Below are positions 44,443 to 53,362 of a stretch of 64,000 bases of DNA, piece after piece. The translations under genes and the position numbers were made by a program. How positions within the stretch are numbered: position 1 is the first letter of the stretch; every line of letters starts with the position of its first letter. This stretch comes from Bacillota bacterium (GTDB lineage: Bacteria; Bacillota; Clostridia; Clostridiales; Clostridiaceae). The stretch spans positions 1,550 to 65,549 of the forward strand of contig JAJBWD010000222.1 in NCBI GenBank assembly GCA_032907345.1. Direction: 5' to 3'. Below the pieces are notes generated by a model that worked only from the letters and a program-made list of their open reading frames with translations, ran no database searches and was not told where the DNA came from.

Positions 44443-44742
44443 ATGTGTAGAACTTTAGCAGAAAAAAGACACAATAGCGTAACAAAAGCAATTAGAAAAA
44501 AAAATATTTCAGAACAGGTTTACCATTTCTCATGGTATAATAACTTGCATCAATATAGTAAAAATAAAGTTCATTGCTCTTGTCCTCTTTGTAGCGGGAA
44601 AACTAAAAAACATAGACCTGCTTTTGGTGCAGAAAAAGGTAGACGAGGTGGTAAACATTGGTATCATTCAGATGTAAAACGCCTTGTTGCAATGGCAGAA
44701 AGGGAAAGAGAATATGAGTTAGCAATCAGTAATGCAAGTTAA
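44443..44742 (+). CDS. hypothetical basic protein (99 aa)
   Basis: RBS AAAGGAG + ATG 44443. The upstream part of track ORF 44371.. overlaps the tRNA. Confidence 0.6.
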   Translation: MCRTLAEKRHNSVTKAIRKKNISEQVYHFSWYNNLHQYSKNKVHCSCPLCSGKTKKHRPAFGAEKGRRGGKHWYHSDVKRLVAMAEREREYELAISNAS

Positions 44743-44869
44743 TTAGTAGAAAACTGATTTTTCAGTTGTTTTAAACAAAGAATATCTTGAAGCTGTTAAT
44801 AATGGATTTAAGGGAACATTTGATGAATATTGCGCTTATAGAGATTATATAAAAGCGTAACAAAAAAAC

Positions 44870-44983
44870 AGGCACATACAGCAATTTATACTTCCAAGTA
44901 TATGTTATCGGTTCAAGTCCGATTTTATCCGCCAAGATAGGATAGATAGATCAATAGGTAGATCAATACTTATTTGTGTGCCT
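44870..44983 (+). ncRNA. Y-RNA/YrlA-like permuted tRNA mimic: ends pair, anticodon-stem equivalent opens to the termini, acceptor stem closed by a loop
   Basis: AGGCACA (44870-76) pairs with TGTGCCT (44977-83). AGTAT (44897-901) pairs with ATACT (44966-70). Variable ATGTT; T arm ATCGG-TTCAAGT-CCGAT; TTTATCC-GCCAAGATA-GGATAGA; TA; D arm GATC-AATAGGTA-GATC; A. Confidence 0.6.
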
Positions 44984-44990
44984 TGTATAT

Positions 44991-45064
44991 TGGGGTGTAA
45001 TTCAGTTGGCTAGAATGCGTGATTTGGGATCACGATGCCGTGAGTTCGAGTCTCACCACTCCAA
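44991..45064 (+). tRNA. tRNA-Pro (UGG)
   Basis: Acceptor TGGGGTG/CACTCCA; anticodon arm CGTGA-TTTGGGA-TCACG; T arm GTGAG-TTCGAGT-CTCAC. Confidence 0.8.
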
Positions 45065-45066
45065 CT

Positions 45067-45140
45067 GTGGTTATAGGACAATTTGGTAGTCCAGCGGTTT
45101 GTGGTACCGCTTGTTACGGGTTCAAGTCCCGTTAGCCACC
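45067..45140 (+). tRNA. tRNA-His (GUG)
   Basis: Acceptor GTGGTTA/TAGCCAC; anticodon arm GCGGT-TTGTGGT-ACCGC; T arm ACGGG-TTCAAGT-CCCGT. Confidence 0.85.
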
Positions 45141-45178
45141 TTTCGTCAATAAAATATTTTAAAAAGAGAGGAAAAAAA

Positions 45179-45559
45179 ATGAAATTTTATAGTGAAGTTC
45201 TGGATGAATTTTTTGATTCAGAAAAGGAATGCATTGAAGCTGAATTTGACAGAAAAAAGAAACAAGAGGAAGCTGAAGAGAAGCGTCGTAAAGAGTTGCA
45301 GGAACGCATGGAAAAACATAAGTTTCATGCAGAAAAGGCTCTTGCAAAACAAAATCTTGAGAAAAAGATTGAAGCCCTTAACAAGGAAATTCTTGAATAT
45401 GTTAAAACATATGAGAAGGAAACTCCTTGGTTGGCAGATTTAGTAGAAGCAATCTTTGAACAGCCTTCAGAAAAAAAGACAAAAGAAGAGAAGAGACCTG
45501 CGGCAACTCCTGTTACCCGCAATGAATTTGAAAAAATTTTGGAAGGTTTCCTTAACTAA
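45179..45559 (+). CDS. hypothetical K/E-rich coiled-coil protein (126 aa)
   Basis: RBS GAGAGGAAA + ATG 45179. The track ORF N-terminus overlaps tRNA-His. Confidence 0.6.
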   Translation: MKFYSEVLDEFFDSEKECIEAEFDRKKKQEEAEEKRRKELQERMEKHKFHAEKALAKQNLEKKIEALNKEILEYVKTYEKETPWLADLVEAIFEQPSEKKTKEEKRPAATPVTRNEFEKILEGFLN

Positions 45560-45571
45560 AGGAGTTTGTTA

Positions 45572-45760
45572 ATGTCTAAGTGGAAAACAATAGGCACTAA
45601 TGCATTAGAATCTTTCAATCCTATTAATGATATTGAGGATAAAAAGGAACGAGATGAAGCCAGGCGGAAAGCACGTTTCTGCATGTTCCAGACAACTCAT
45701 GCGCTTCGAAAACAGATTCTAATTAAGCCTAAATACATCGAAGTAAAATCGGCCGATTAA
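45572..45760 (+). CDS. hypothetical protein (62 aa)
   Basis: RBS AAGGAG + ATG 45572. Confidence 0.55.
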   Translation: MSKWKTIGTNALESFNPINDIEDKKERDEARRKARFCMFQTTHALRKQILIKPKYIEVKSAD

Positions 45761-45806
45761 TTTTTAAAAGGGCATGAAATTTATACGTTTCATATCCCTT
45801 TCTTTT

Positions 45807-45881
45807 GCACGGATGGCGCAGTCTGGTTACCGCAACGGTCTGCAAAACCGTTATTCGTGGGTTCAAATCCCACTCTGTGCT
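45807..45881 (+). tRNA. tRNA-Cys (GCA)
   Basis: Acceptor GCACGGA/TCTGTGC; anticodon arm ACGGT-CTGCAAA-ACCGT; T arm GTGGG-TTCAAAT-CCCAC. Confidence 0.85.
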
Positions 45882-46044
45882 TATTTGAAAAAAATAAAAA
45901 TTTTTATTATAATATATATAGAAAAGAGACTTACAGCAAAATATAATAAATAATAAATAACAAACATAATCTAAGGGGAGGATGTAAAATTGCGGATTTT
46001 AAATTATTAGTTCGAGTCCGTTTGTGAAAAAGCCTCTTGAATAC

Positions 46045-46116
46045 AGGGCCGTAGTCAAACGGTAAGACACAGGATTTTGATTCCTGCATTTGTGGGTTCG
46101 AACCCCGCCGGCCCTG
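46045..46116 (+). tRNA. tRNA-Gln (UUG)
   Basis: Acceptor AGGGCCG/CGGCCCT; D arm GTC-AAACGGTAA-GAC; anticodon arm CAGGA-TTTTGAT-TCCTG; T arm GTGGG-TTCGAAC-CCCGC. Confidence 0.85.
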
Positions 46117-46125
46117 CTAAAAAAT

Positions 46126-46209
46126 GTCAGTATAGCTTAATTGGTAAAGCGGCTCCCCCCAAGGAGTGTAAGGCCTAAGACGATATAGGTTCGAACCCTA
46201 TTGCTGGCT
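46126..46209 (+). ncRNA. 84-nt type-II-like tRNA with irregular anticodon arm (G-CTCC/CCCCAA/GGAG-T, 6-nt loop)
   Basis: Acceptor GTCAGTA/TGCTGGC; D arm GCTT-AATTGGTAA-AGC; 17-nt variable region; T arm ATAGG-TTCGAAC-CCTAT. Confidence 0.4.
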
Positions 46210-46255
46210 TATTGTATTAATAAATTAAAAAGGAGAATAAATATGCTTTATGCAG

Positions 46256-46328
46256 ATGGCTCTAGTGTTAGCGGATAGCACGGTGGTCTCCAAAACCACA
46301 AGGCAGAGTTCGAATCTCTGGGGTCGTG
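46256..46328 (+). tRNA. tRNA-Trp (CCA)
   Basis: Anticodon arm GTGGT-CTCCAAA-ACCAC; T arm CAGAG-TTCGAAT-CTCTG; weak acceptor ATGGCTC/GGGTCGT (3 G-U pairs). Confidence 0.7.
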
Positions 46329-46465
46329 TTTAATACAAAAGTTAATTAATGTATTGTATTAACATTTATCAAAAAAGTTGTCCAGGGATAGTATTCATTA
46401 GTGTGATACGTCGGGTTGGGGCGGAGTAGCTAACCGTGAACAGACAAAAAATATGATAAATGTTC

Positions 46466-46537
46466 GCGCTGTGGTGTATTATGGTAACATACCTCCTTGC
46501 ATACGGGGGAGCTTTACGTTCGATTCGTAACGGCGCA
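46466..46537 (+). tRNA. tRNA-like with apparent 8-nt anticodon loop UUGCAUAC (CAU/GCA?)
   Basis: Acceptor GCGCTGT/ACGGCGC; stem CCTCC/GGGGG around TTGCATAC; T arm (T)TACG-TTCGATT-CGTA(A). Confidence 0.45.
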
Positions 46538-46542
46538 ATTAT

Positions 46543-46614
46543 ATCCCATTAGTCTAATGGATAGAATATCTGGCTACGAACCAGAAGATATAAGTTCGAT
46601 TCTTATATGGGATA
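46543..46614 (+). tRNA. tRNA-Arg (ACG)
   Basis: Acceptor ATCCCAT/ATGGGAT; anticodon arm TCTGG-CTACGAA-CCAGA; T arm ATAAG-TTCGATT-CTTAT. Confidence 0.85.
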
Positions 46615-46710
46615 TTTAACATAAGGTAATTCTGAAAATCTGAAGCGAACCTCCGTGCAAGTACCATCACTCAGAAGGTTGGGAAAAGAAGTAGCAAAGA
46701 GCCTTATTAT

Positions 46711-46782
46711 GCTCCTGTAGTTTAATGGATAGAATACGGGACTTCTAATCCCATGATGAGGGTTCGATTCCCTCTGGGAGTG
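46711..46782 (+). tRNA. tRNA-Arg (UCU)
   Basis: Acceptor GCTCCTG/TGGGAGT; anticodon arm CGGGA-CTTCTAA-TCCCA; T arm GAGGG-TTCGATT-CCCTC. Confidence 0.75.
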
Positions 46783-46805
46783 CTAACAAAAGAAAGGAAA
46801 TAATT

Positions 46806-47576
46806 ATGAGAGACCCAAGGTATGCATTAACTGAACATTTTCAAAAAATTATTATAGATTATCCTAATTATAGATTTTTAGGAATTTTTCTTTACGGTTC
46901 TCAAAATTATGGTCTTGCAACAGAAGATTCTGATGTTGACAGTATTGCTATTGTTATTCCAACAATAGAAGATATTATCCTCAGAAAACCTATTTGTAAA
47001 GAAATTATTTTTGAAAACGGTGAACATTGTAATATAAAAGATATTCGAGAAGTTGTTAAAGAATGGAAGAAACAAAGTCTTCAGGCTCTTGAAATTCTTT
47101 TTACAGATTATTTTATAATTAGACCCAAATATGTTTCTTATTGGAATAACTTTCTTAATATTAGAAATGATATTGCTCATTATGATGTAAAAAGAACTTT
47201 TAAGTCTATTTCAGGACAAGCGAAACAAACTTATCTTCGAAATCCTTCAGATAGAAAACAAATCGCCAATACTTATAGACTATATTATTTTTTAAGGTCT
47301 TATTTGATGGGTTGTTCTTATAAAACTTGTCTTACATCAAATAGTATTGCAACATTAGGAGTTAAGACAGGAGAAATTCCTCTTAATGATTCTCTTAATA
47401 AAGATATTGCAGATATTGTTTTTAATCGTTTTCCAAAACTTGAAGATACATCTTGGAAAGTTAGAAATGTTCCTGAAATAGGACAAAAGATAGATGAATA
47501 TCTTGTAAAATTAATTAAAGGAGTAGAATATGAAGAGGATGTCAAAACTATTCTTGATAAAATGGAAAATATTTAA
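46806..47576 (+). CDS. Pol-beta-superfamily nucleotidyltransferase, RlaP/'Nuc-transf'-like
   Basis: IFLYGSQNYGLATEDSDVDSIAIV (GS-x10-D.D motif); 256 aa. Confidence 0.65.
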   Translation: MRDPRYALTEHFQKIIIDYPNYRFLGIFLYGSQNYGLATEDSDVDSIAIVIPTIEDIILRKPICKEIIFENGEHCNIKDIREVVKEWKKQSLQALEILFTDYFIIRPKYVSYWNNFLNIRNDIAHYDVKRTFKSISGQAKQTYLRNPSDRKQIANTYRLYYFLRSYLMGCSYKTCLTSNSIATLGVKTGEIPLNDSLNKDIADIVFNRFPKLEDTSWKVRNVPEIGQKIDEYLVKLIKGVEYEEDVKTILDKMENI

Positions 47577-47614
47577 GTAGATAGAAAAACAAAGGATAAA
47601 ATTTATTTTTTAAA

Positions 47615-47860
47615 ATGAAAGATTTAGATAAAGAATTAGAAAAAGCAACAACTCTTATTGAAAAAACAAAAATTCTTAGAGAATATACTAATTGTTCCAT
47701 ATCTGACGCTGTAAGTGCAATGAAATATAAAAATACTCATTCTAAATGCACAGCATGTGGTTATTTAAGAGCAATTATTGGGGATACAAGTCAATTTTCT
47801 AATAAACAATTTTATAAACGAGTTGAAAAATTTTCAGACTTAGATAATGATATACTTTGA
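47615..47860 (+). CDS. small protein with EF-Ts-N/UBA-like motif; paralog of 19235..19438
   Basis: ILREYTNCSISDAVSAMKY. Shares the C-terminus FYKRVEKFSDLDNDIL with the paralog. Confidence 0.5.
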   Translation: MKDLDKELEKATTLIEKTKILREYTNCSISDAVSAMKYKNTHSKCTACGYLRAIIGDTSQFSNKQFYKRVEKFSDLDNDIL

Positions 47861-47885
47861 CAAAAGTAAAGGAGATAAAAGGATT

Positions 47886-49394
47886 ATGAATACATTTATG
47901 AATCAGCTTTCAAACGATTTTAATTACAAGAGAACAGAGAATGGAGCACTCGCTCACCGTACTACTAACTCAGCGGTTTATGATATGTTTGCTATGGGCG
48001 CTGCATATCGTTCACGTTCAGATGAAGATTGTATTCTTCTTTTCAAAAACGCCTTCGAAGAGGACTCAGTTCTTGCGCTGAAGTGTCTATTCTATATTCG
48101 TGACTGCCGCGGCGGTCAGGGTGAACGTAGATTCTTCCGTACATGCTTCCGCTGGTTGGCAGAGAACAAGCCTGTGCGCGCCCGTAATTTGATTGAGTAT
48201 CTTCCTGAGTATGGTAGATATGATGACCTGTTTGAACTTTTCGGCACTCCTGTTGAAAAGAATGTAATGGCTCTTATTGAAAAGCAGCTTCGTGAGGATA
48301 TGGCGTGCGAGAAGAATGGTATTAGCCTTATCGCTAAGTGGCTTCCTTCAGAAAATGCTTCAAATGCAGATACGATTGCAAGAGCAAGAAAGATTAGACG
48401 TTCACTTGGAATCACCTCCAGACAGTATCGTCAGATGCTTTCAAAACTAAGAGCTAAGATTAATGTTCTTGAAAGACTGATGTCCGCCAATAGATGGGAC
48501 AAGATTGAGTTTGATAAGATTCCTTCTCGCGCAGGTATTATTTATCGTAATGCTTTTGCAAGACGTGATATTATCGCTAAGAAGTATGAGTCTTTTGCAA
48601 AGGATAAGAATACAAAGGTTAATGCTTCTGTACTTTATCCTTACGAAGTAGTAGCTAAGGCTGTTAAGACTTCAGGATGGTCTTACCGTTTTGATACTCT
48701 TAGTGAAACTGAGCGTGCTATGATTAATAAGTATTGGGATAATCTTCCTGATTATCTTAATGGTAAGGATTGTAGCATGATGTGTGTTGTAGATACTTCT
48801 GGTTCTATGACTGGTGTTGGTGCGGCAGCACCTATTAATGTAGCAATTAGTCTAGGTCTGTATTGTGCAGAACGTATTGGTGGACCTTTTAAGAATCACT
48901 ATATCAGTTTTGCTTCACAGCCTCAGCTAATTAAGACCGTAGGAATTGATTTTGTAGATAAGGCTCGCCGTATCTATCAGACAAATCTTTGCGATAATAC
49001 TAATTTGGAAGCTGTTTTTGATTTACTTCTAAAGACAGCAACCAAGAAGGGTGTTAAGCAGGACGATATTCCTAAGACCATTGTAGTTATTTCTGATATG
49101 GAAATTGACAGTGGTACTGGTGGATGGTATCGAGAAAGTAGATGGACAAAGCATTCTGCTTCTACAGAGGTGGAGAAGATTCGTCAAAAGTGGGCAGCAT
49201 ATGGACTTCAGCTTCCTAAGTTAATCTATTGGAATGTAGATGCCCGCCAGAATACAATCTTGGATGCAGGCCCTAATATATCCTTTGTAAGCGGTATGTC
49301 CCCTACTATTTTCAAGCAGGTTCTTACTGGTAAGACTGGTTATGATTTGATGCTTGAAGCTATTAATAGTGAAAGATATGCCGTAATCAGATAA
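47886..49394 (+). CDS. DUF2828-family protein with C-terminal vWA domain (possible TROVE/Ro60-like RNA-binding protein)
   Basis: RBS AAAGGAG + ATG 47886. RTENGALAHRTT..VYDMF...LFYIRDCRGGQGER. MIDAS motif VVDTSGSMTG and ...VVISDME. Confidence 0.6.
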   Translation: MNTFMNQLSNDFNYKRTENGALAHRTTNSAVYDMFAMGAAYRSRSDEDCILLFKNAFEEDSVLALKCLFYIRDCRGGQGERRFFRTCFRWLAENKPVRARNLIEYLPEYGRYDDLFELFGTPVEKNVMALIEKQLREDMACEKNGISLIAKWLPSENASNADTIARARKIRRSLGITSRQYRQMLSKLRAKINVLERLMSANRWDKIEFDKIPSRAGIIYRNAFARRDIIAKKYESFAKDKNTKVNASVLYPYEVVAKAVKTSGWSYRFDTLSETERAMINKYWDNLPDYLNGKDCSMMCVVDTSGSMTGVGAAAPINVAISLGLYCAERIGGPFKNHYISFASQPQLIKTVGIDFVDKARRIYQTNLCDNTNLEAVFDLLLKTATKKGVKQDDIPKTIVVISDMEIDSGTGGWYRESRWTKHSASTEVEKIRQKWAAYGLQLPKLIYWNVDARQNTILDAGPNISFVSGMSPTIFKQVLTGKTGYDLMLEAINSERYAVIR

Positions 49395-49401
49395 AAAAAT
49401 A

Positions 49402-49439
49402 AAGCCTCGATATGAATCATATTCATATCGAGGCTTTTT
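49402..49439. terminator. bidirectional terminator between convergent modules
   Basis: AAAAAAAT-AAGCCTCGATATGAAT..ATTCATATCGAGGCTT-TTTG. Confidence 0.8.
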
Positions 49440-49589
49440 GTGTTATTAAGGTGCTTGGCGCGCACTCTGCCAACATACCGAATCTAAAATCAGTCTTGGA
49501 TTTTTTTATTTCAATTTTGATTTTACTCTTTTACATCTATATATAAAAAATACGGCTATTGGTCATTAAATACCAATAGCCGTACAGTG

Positions 49590-49904
49590 TTAAATATTTC
49601 CTAATTTATTAAAAATCTTATTTGTTATATAAATAATTTCATCTCCATATGTGGAAATTAAATCAGCTATTAATTCCTATTGCTCAAGAGAAAGATTAAC
49701 ATTATAAGAAAACATTGCGGCATGTGTTATTTCGTGGCATAATACCTTCCGTAATAAATCTCCTTGTAATGTTTCATTTATATAAATTGTTCGAGTAAGA
49801 TTGTCACACGCTCCTATTGAAAATTCTCCATTTAACCTTTGCAATAAAGGAAAGTTAGGAGCAACAAAAGAGAGTTTCCAATAAACATTGTTAATTAAAA
49901 ACAT
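49590..49904 (-). CDS. small HExxH metallopeptidase-like protein (104 aa), TAG at 49677-79
   Basis: VLCHEITHAAMF. The frame continues 28 codons past the TAG to TAA 49590-92. Confidence 0.55.
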
Positions 49905-49906
49905 AA

Positions 49907-50473
49907 TTAATTAATTTTATTTGCTAATGTAGTCATTTTTTGACGTAATGTAGTTCTCTCTTCTGGCGACGCATCTTTAATCATTTCAGTAATATCTGAA
50001 GAAAGTTCTTGAAGGTATGCTTCTAATTCGTGAAGTTGAGAACTTGTATCTTTATGTTTCTCTTTGCCTTCCATATACATCCTTCTTCTCATTGGAGATC
50101 TTCCCTAACGGGGATCCCTCATCATTTCTGTATAATAAGAGGTAGTTCCGCCATTAGAGCTAGAATTACCTCCCATATTACCACCATTTCCGCCAGAATA
50201 ATACATATATCCGTTATTACGTTCTATATTTCTATACTCTGGATACATTGGAGTGGTGTAATAATTAATATTATTAACAGAAGTTTTTTCTTTTTCTTCT
50301 GCTTTTTCCATTGAATCAGTAATAGTACAATAGTATATCGCTTCAGACAAGTCTTTTATCATATCAACAGCTTCACCAAGTTCATGGGCATCCGCCTTTG
50401 ATATATCACCAAGTTGGCTCTGTACACAACTCATTAACTGGTCTTTCATCATTTTTAATGCTTCAGTTCCCAT
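49907..50473 (-). CDS. hypothetical protein with G/N-rich segment, TAG at 50105-07
   Basis: RBS AAGGAGG + ATG 50471-73. Track ORFs 50105..50518 and 49907..50092 are in one frame across the TAG. Confidence 0.55.
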
Positions 50474-50483
50474 TTTTCCCTCC

Positions 50484-50939
50484 TTATGCTGTTCTTGTAA
50501 TCTATATTGAGGCTCCACGTCTTACTTGAATAGAAGGCGTTGGAGTAGTAGCAGGATCATCTTCAGTTCCATCTGCATATGTACCTGATACAGTTACGCA
50601 ACATCCACAAGGAACTGTAACTGAAGCTTCAGTAGCAATATGCCAATATTCTCCTACTGCGGCAGGAGTAACAATTGCTACGCTTTCTGGAATTATAACT
50701 CCATTAAGAGTAATTCCAAGCGCAATAGGAGTAACTGCACCCCCAGTAGGAATTTGGATATTCCCCTGAATTAAAACATTATATCTTGCAAAACGATTAG
50801 GAGTATTACCATTTAAGTTAAGAACCCCAGGAACAAGAGGAACAACATTCCCTTTGTTACAAGGAATAGAAACACTATTAAATGGAATTGTTCCATTTAA
50901 TGCGACTACATTGTCTGTAGTTGTTACATAACTAGCCAT
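50484..50939 (-). CDS. hypothetical beta-rich structural protein, TAG at 50502-04
   Basis: RBS AAGGAGG + ATG 50937-39. TAA lies 5 codons after the TAG. Confidence 0.55.
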
Positions 50940-50953
50940 GAGCAACCTCCTTA

Positions 50954-51718
50954 TTAATTATAAAAACCGTTGCCGCCACATCCGTTCCAGTTTCCGCAAT
51001 TACATCCATTAGGATTTGCAACCACATAAGCAGGAATCGGTGTAGGATTTAAAGCTTGACGTAATGTAGCTGTTTGGGCTGCATTATCTGCAAGAATTTG
51101 TCCAGTTTGAGCATTCTGAGAAGCTGCTAAATTAGCAAGATAACCTTGCATTTGAAGCTGTTGGTTTTGAGCCTTAAGGGCTTCAATCTATTGCTGACAA
51201 AGTTTATCAAGAATGGCCTGTGTATTTGCTGTATTTGATGCTATTACATCTCGTAAAGCGTCTGTAACTGCTGAGCGGTCTGCACATGCTTCTGTAGCTA
51301 CAGTATACTTCAAATCAGCTAATCCCGCTCTATTTTCACAACAACAATTTTGTTGATTCATTGCTATTGTATTTAATTGAGTAGATAGATTTGCTTGATT
51401 GTTGTTTAATGTTTGTAGGATATTCGCTTGTGAGTTACAACGAGAAACTTCTGCATTTGAAAAGCCAGTATTTATTGCGGTAGTCACACCGTTTAAGCTA
51501 TTCATAAGGGCGCTCTGGTCAAATCCGCGTTGAACATCAGCTATAATAGCAGGTTGTCCATTTCCGCCGAAACCGTTATTATTCCAACCGCCCGCAAGCA
51601 TTAAAATAAATAAAAAGAAAATCCAGGCTCCATCACCATTAAATCCAAAACCATTATTATTGCCTGTTGCTGCTGCAATATCAGATAAGGAATATCCATT
51701 AGTATTATTATTAAACAT
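50954..51718 (-). CDS. N/G/Q-rich membrane-anchored protein, TAG at 51188-90
   Basis: Track ORFs 51188..51718 and 50954..51151 join in frame: ...KLCQQ[TAG]IEALKAQNQQLQMQGY... Confidence 0.6.
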
Positions 51719-51730
51719 TTGTATCTCCCA

Positions 51731-51961
51731 TTATTGATTTAAATAATTTTTAAATTTTGCAAATTCTGTATCAAAATCCAAACCTCTTTGTTGCGCTAAA
51801 TTTCGAGCAATCATCTCTAAAGCAGATGTATTTCCATTTTGCGCTAGATTCATTGCATTCTCAAGAATAGGATTATTTTGTCCTAAAATATTCATCATAA
51901 GTTGTTGAGGATTTTGACCGTTTTTTATCATATTTATTAATTGAATCGGATTTACATTCAT
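51731..51961 (-). CDS. hypothetical protein (76 aa)
   Basis: ORF track. Confidence 0.55.
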   Translation of the reverse strand: MNVNPIQLINMIKNGQNPQQLMMNILGQNNPILENAMNLAQNGNTSALEMIARNLAQQRGLDFDTEFAKFKNYLNQ

Positions 51962-51966
51962 AATAA

Positions 51967-52467
51967 TTATACCCTCTTAACTATAAAATTACTATTACTG
52001 CTTTGTCCAGTATTTTTATTATTCTATACGGATTCAGTCTAAGTTTTTTGCGTTATTGTTTGAGACTGAATTGCCGCCATTAAATTTTGTATAACATTAT
52101 TAAATTCATCTTTTGTAACATATTCAGAAGAATTATAAGGATTTTCATCAGCAGTTAAAGCATAGGTTTTAAAAGTTGCTGTTCCATCATAATTTATTTG
52201 TTTAGTATAAATTTTCTAATTTCCAACATCAATAAAAACCCATAAAGAGCCATCTAAATCTATTTGTGCGGCTCTTGCCTATTCTTTTGATGCAACTGGT
52301 CTACATTTTAAAAATTGATTTGAATAATTTTGATTATTTGCGTTTACAGTTACATTATTTCTCCCTAAATAATTATCATAGGGAGTATTCATTATTAAAT
52401 TGTTAGTATAAGGATATTGAACTGGTATCATGCCACCATTCATTCCTTGCTGATTAAAATTGGCCAT
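51967..52467 (-). CDS. hypothetical protein (166 aa), 4 in-frame TAG
   Basis: Extends track ORF 52279..52467 by 104 codons to TAA 51967-69. Confidence 0.55.
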
Positions 52468-52607
52468 TTTAATTTTTCTCCTTTTATCTCTAAAAATGTA
52501 TACATTTTGTTGGAGAGAAGTTTTATTCTTCTCCCCAACTATATATAATTTTTAAATTTAATAAGTTTTTAAAATTTGTCCATTAAAGTAAAAATTTTTA
52601 TTTAATT

Positions 52608-52877
52608 TTATTCACCTTCAACTGGCTCTTCTTCTGGTTCAACCTGCGGAATTGCATGTACGTATCTTTGATTCATAATCGGCACACCTTCAGATGTAAA
52701 CATAATCGCCGCATGTACAGGCAATTCACTAATAGCTGCCGCAGATAAAACTTCATAAAATTTGCTCTCTGCTTTAAGTCTTGCTTTTGTAGGATCTTCG
52801 TCCCATACTACGTGCTTAATATCACCATAAGACCCGTCTACATATTTTTGTAGTTCAATAACGTAATATTGAGTCAT
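52608..52877 (-). CDS. hypothetical protein (89 aa)
   Basis: ORF track. Confidence 0.6.
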   Translation of the reverse strand: MTQYYVIELQKYVDGSYGDIKHVVWDEDPTKARLKAESKFYEVLSAAAISELPVHAAIMFTSEGVPIMNQRYVHAIPQVEPEEEPVEGE

Positions 52878-52929
52878 AATTGTTTCCTCCTTTTTTCAGC
52901 CGTCACAGCTTATATGTCAGCCTTCAACT

Positions 52930-53235
52930 TCATTTAAGACCCCCTTTAATGTGAAGATTTTCTACTTCTTTCATAATTTTGGTTCCAGAGCCATTACCTC
53001 CGAGCTTTACATAAGGTTTGTACAATTCACATAAAGTGTCGTATTCGTCCTGAGTAATCCAGCCGCGTTCTATATACTGCATTCCAAAGAACACGATTTC
53101 GATGTGACAGATACCCATCAGAATCTCTTTTTCGGCGGTATGACGGTCGAACCGAGAACTCAGAAATGCCCATAAACCAGAGGACGCCAGAACTGATGTA
53201 AATATAGTTAGTATTATTTGTGACCAGAATTCCAT
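52930..53235 (-). CDS. membrane protein (101 aa), possible holin-like
   Basis: N-terminal TM MEFWSQIILTIFTSVLASSGLWAFL. Confidence 0.45.
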   Translation of the reverse strand: MEFWSQIILTIFTSVLASSGLWAFLSSRFDRHTAEKEILMGICHIEIVFFGMQYIERGWITQDEYDTLCELYKPYVKLGGNGSGTKIMKEVENLHIKGGLK

Positions 53236-53348
53236 TTATTTAATTCCTTTCTATTATATGGTGCTAATATATGTCCTGTTTGAGTTACTGTATCTTCTGT
53301 TAAATCCATTTGCGTAATTCCATTTAATATTATTTTACTTATTGCCAT
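53214..53348 (-). CDS. orphan 44-aa copy of the tail-fibre N-terminal anchor motif
   Basis: MAISKIILNGITQMDLTEDTVTQTG... resembles the N-termini of 53363.., 54874.., 56711.. and 58186.. Confidence 0.35.
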   Translation of the reverse strand: MAISKIILNGITQMDLTEDTVTQTGHILAPYNRKELNKWNSGHK

Positions 53349-53362
53349 ATATAATCACCTTC

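Noticed and set aside
45192-45443. An alternative-frame plus ORF (83 aa, K/R-rich) within 45179..45559.
   Set aside because: It is an overlapping-frame artefact of an AAG/GAA-rich coiled-coil gene and has no independent start signal.
35844-46782. The tRNA cluster as an integration hot-spot or prophage attachment region.
   Set aside because: The window contains no integrase, recombinase or att-like direct repeats flanking the array. The tRNAs sit behind phage-type promoters shared with phage genes.
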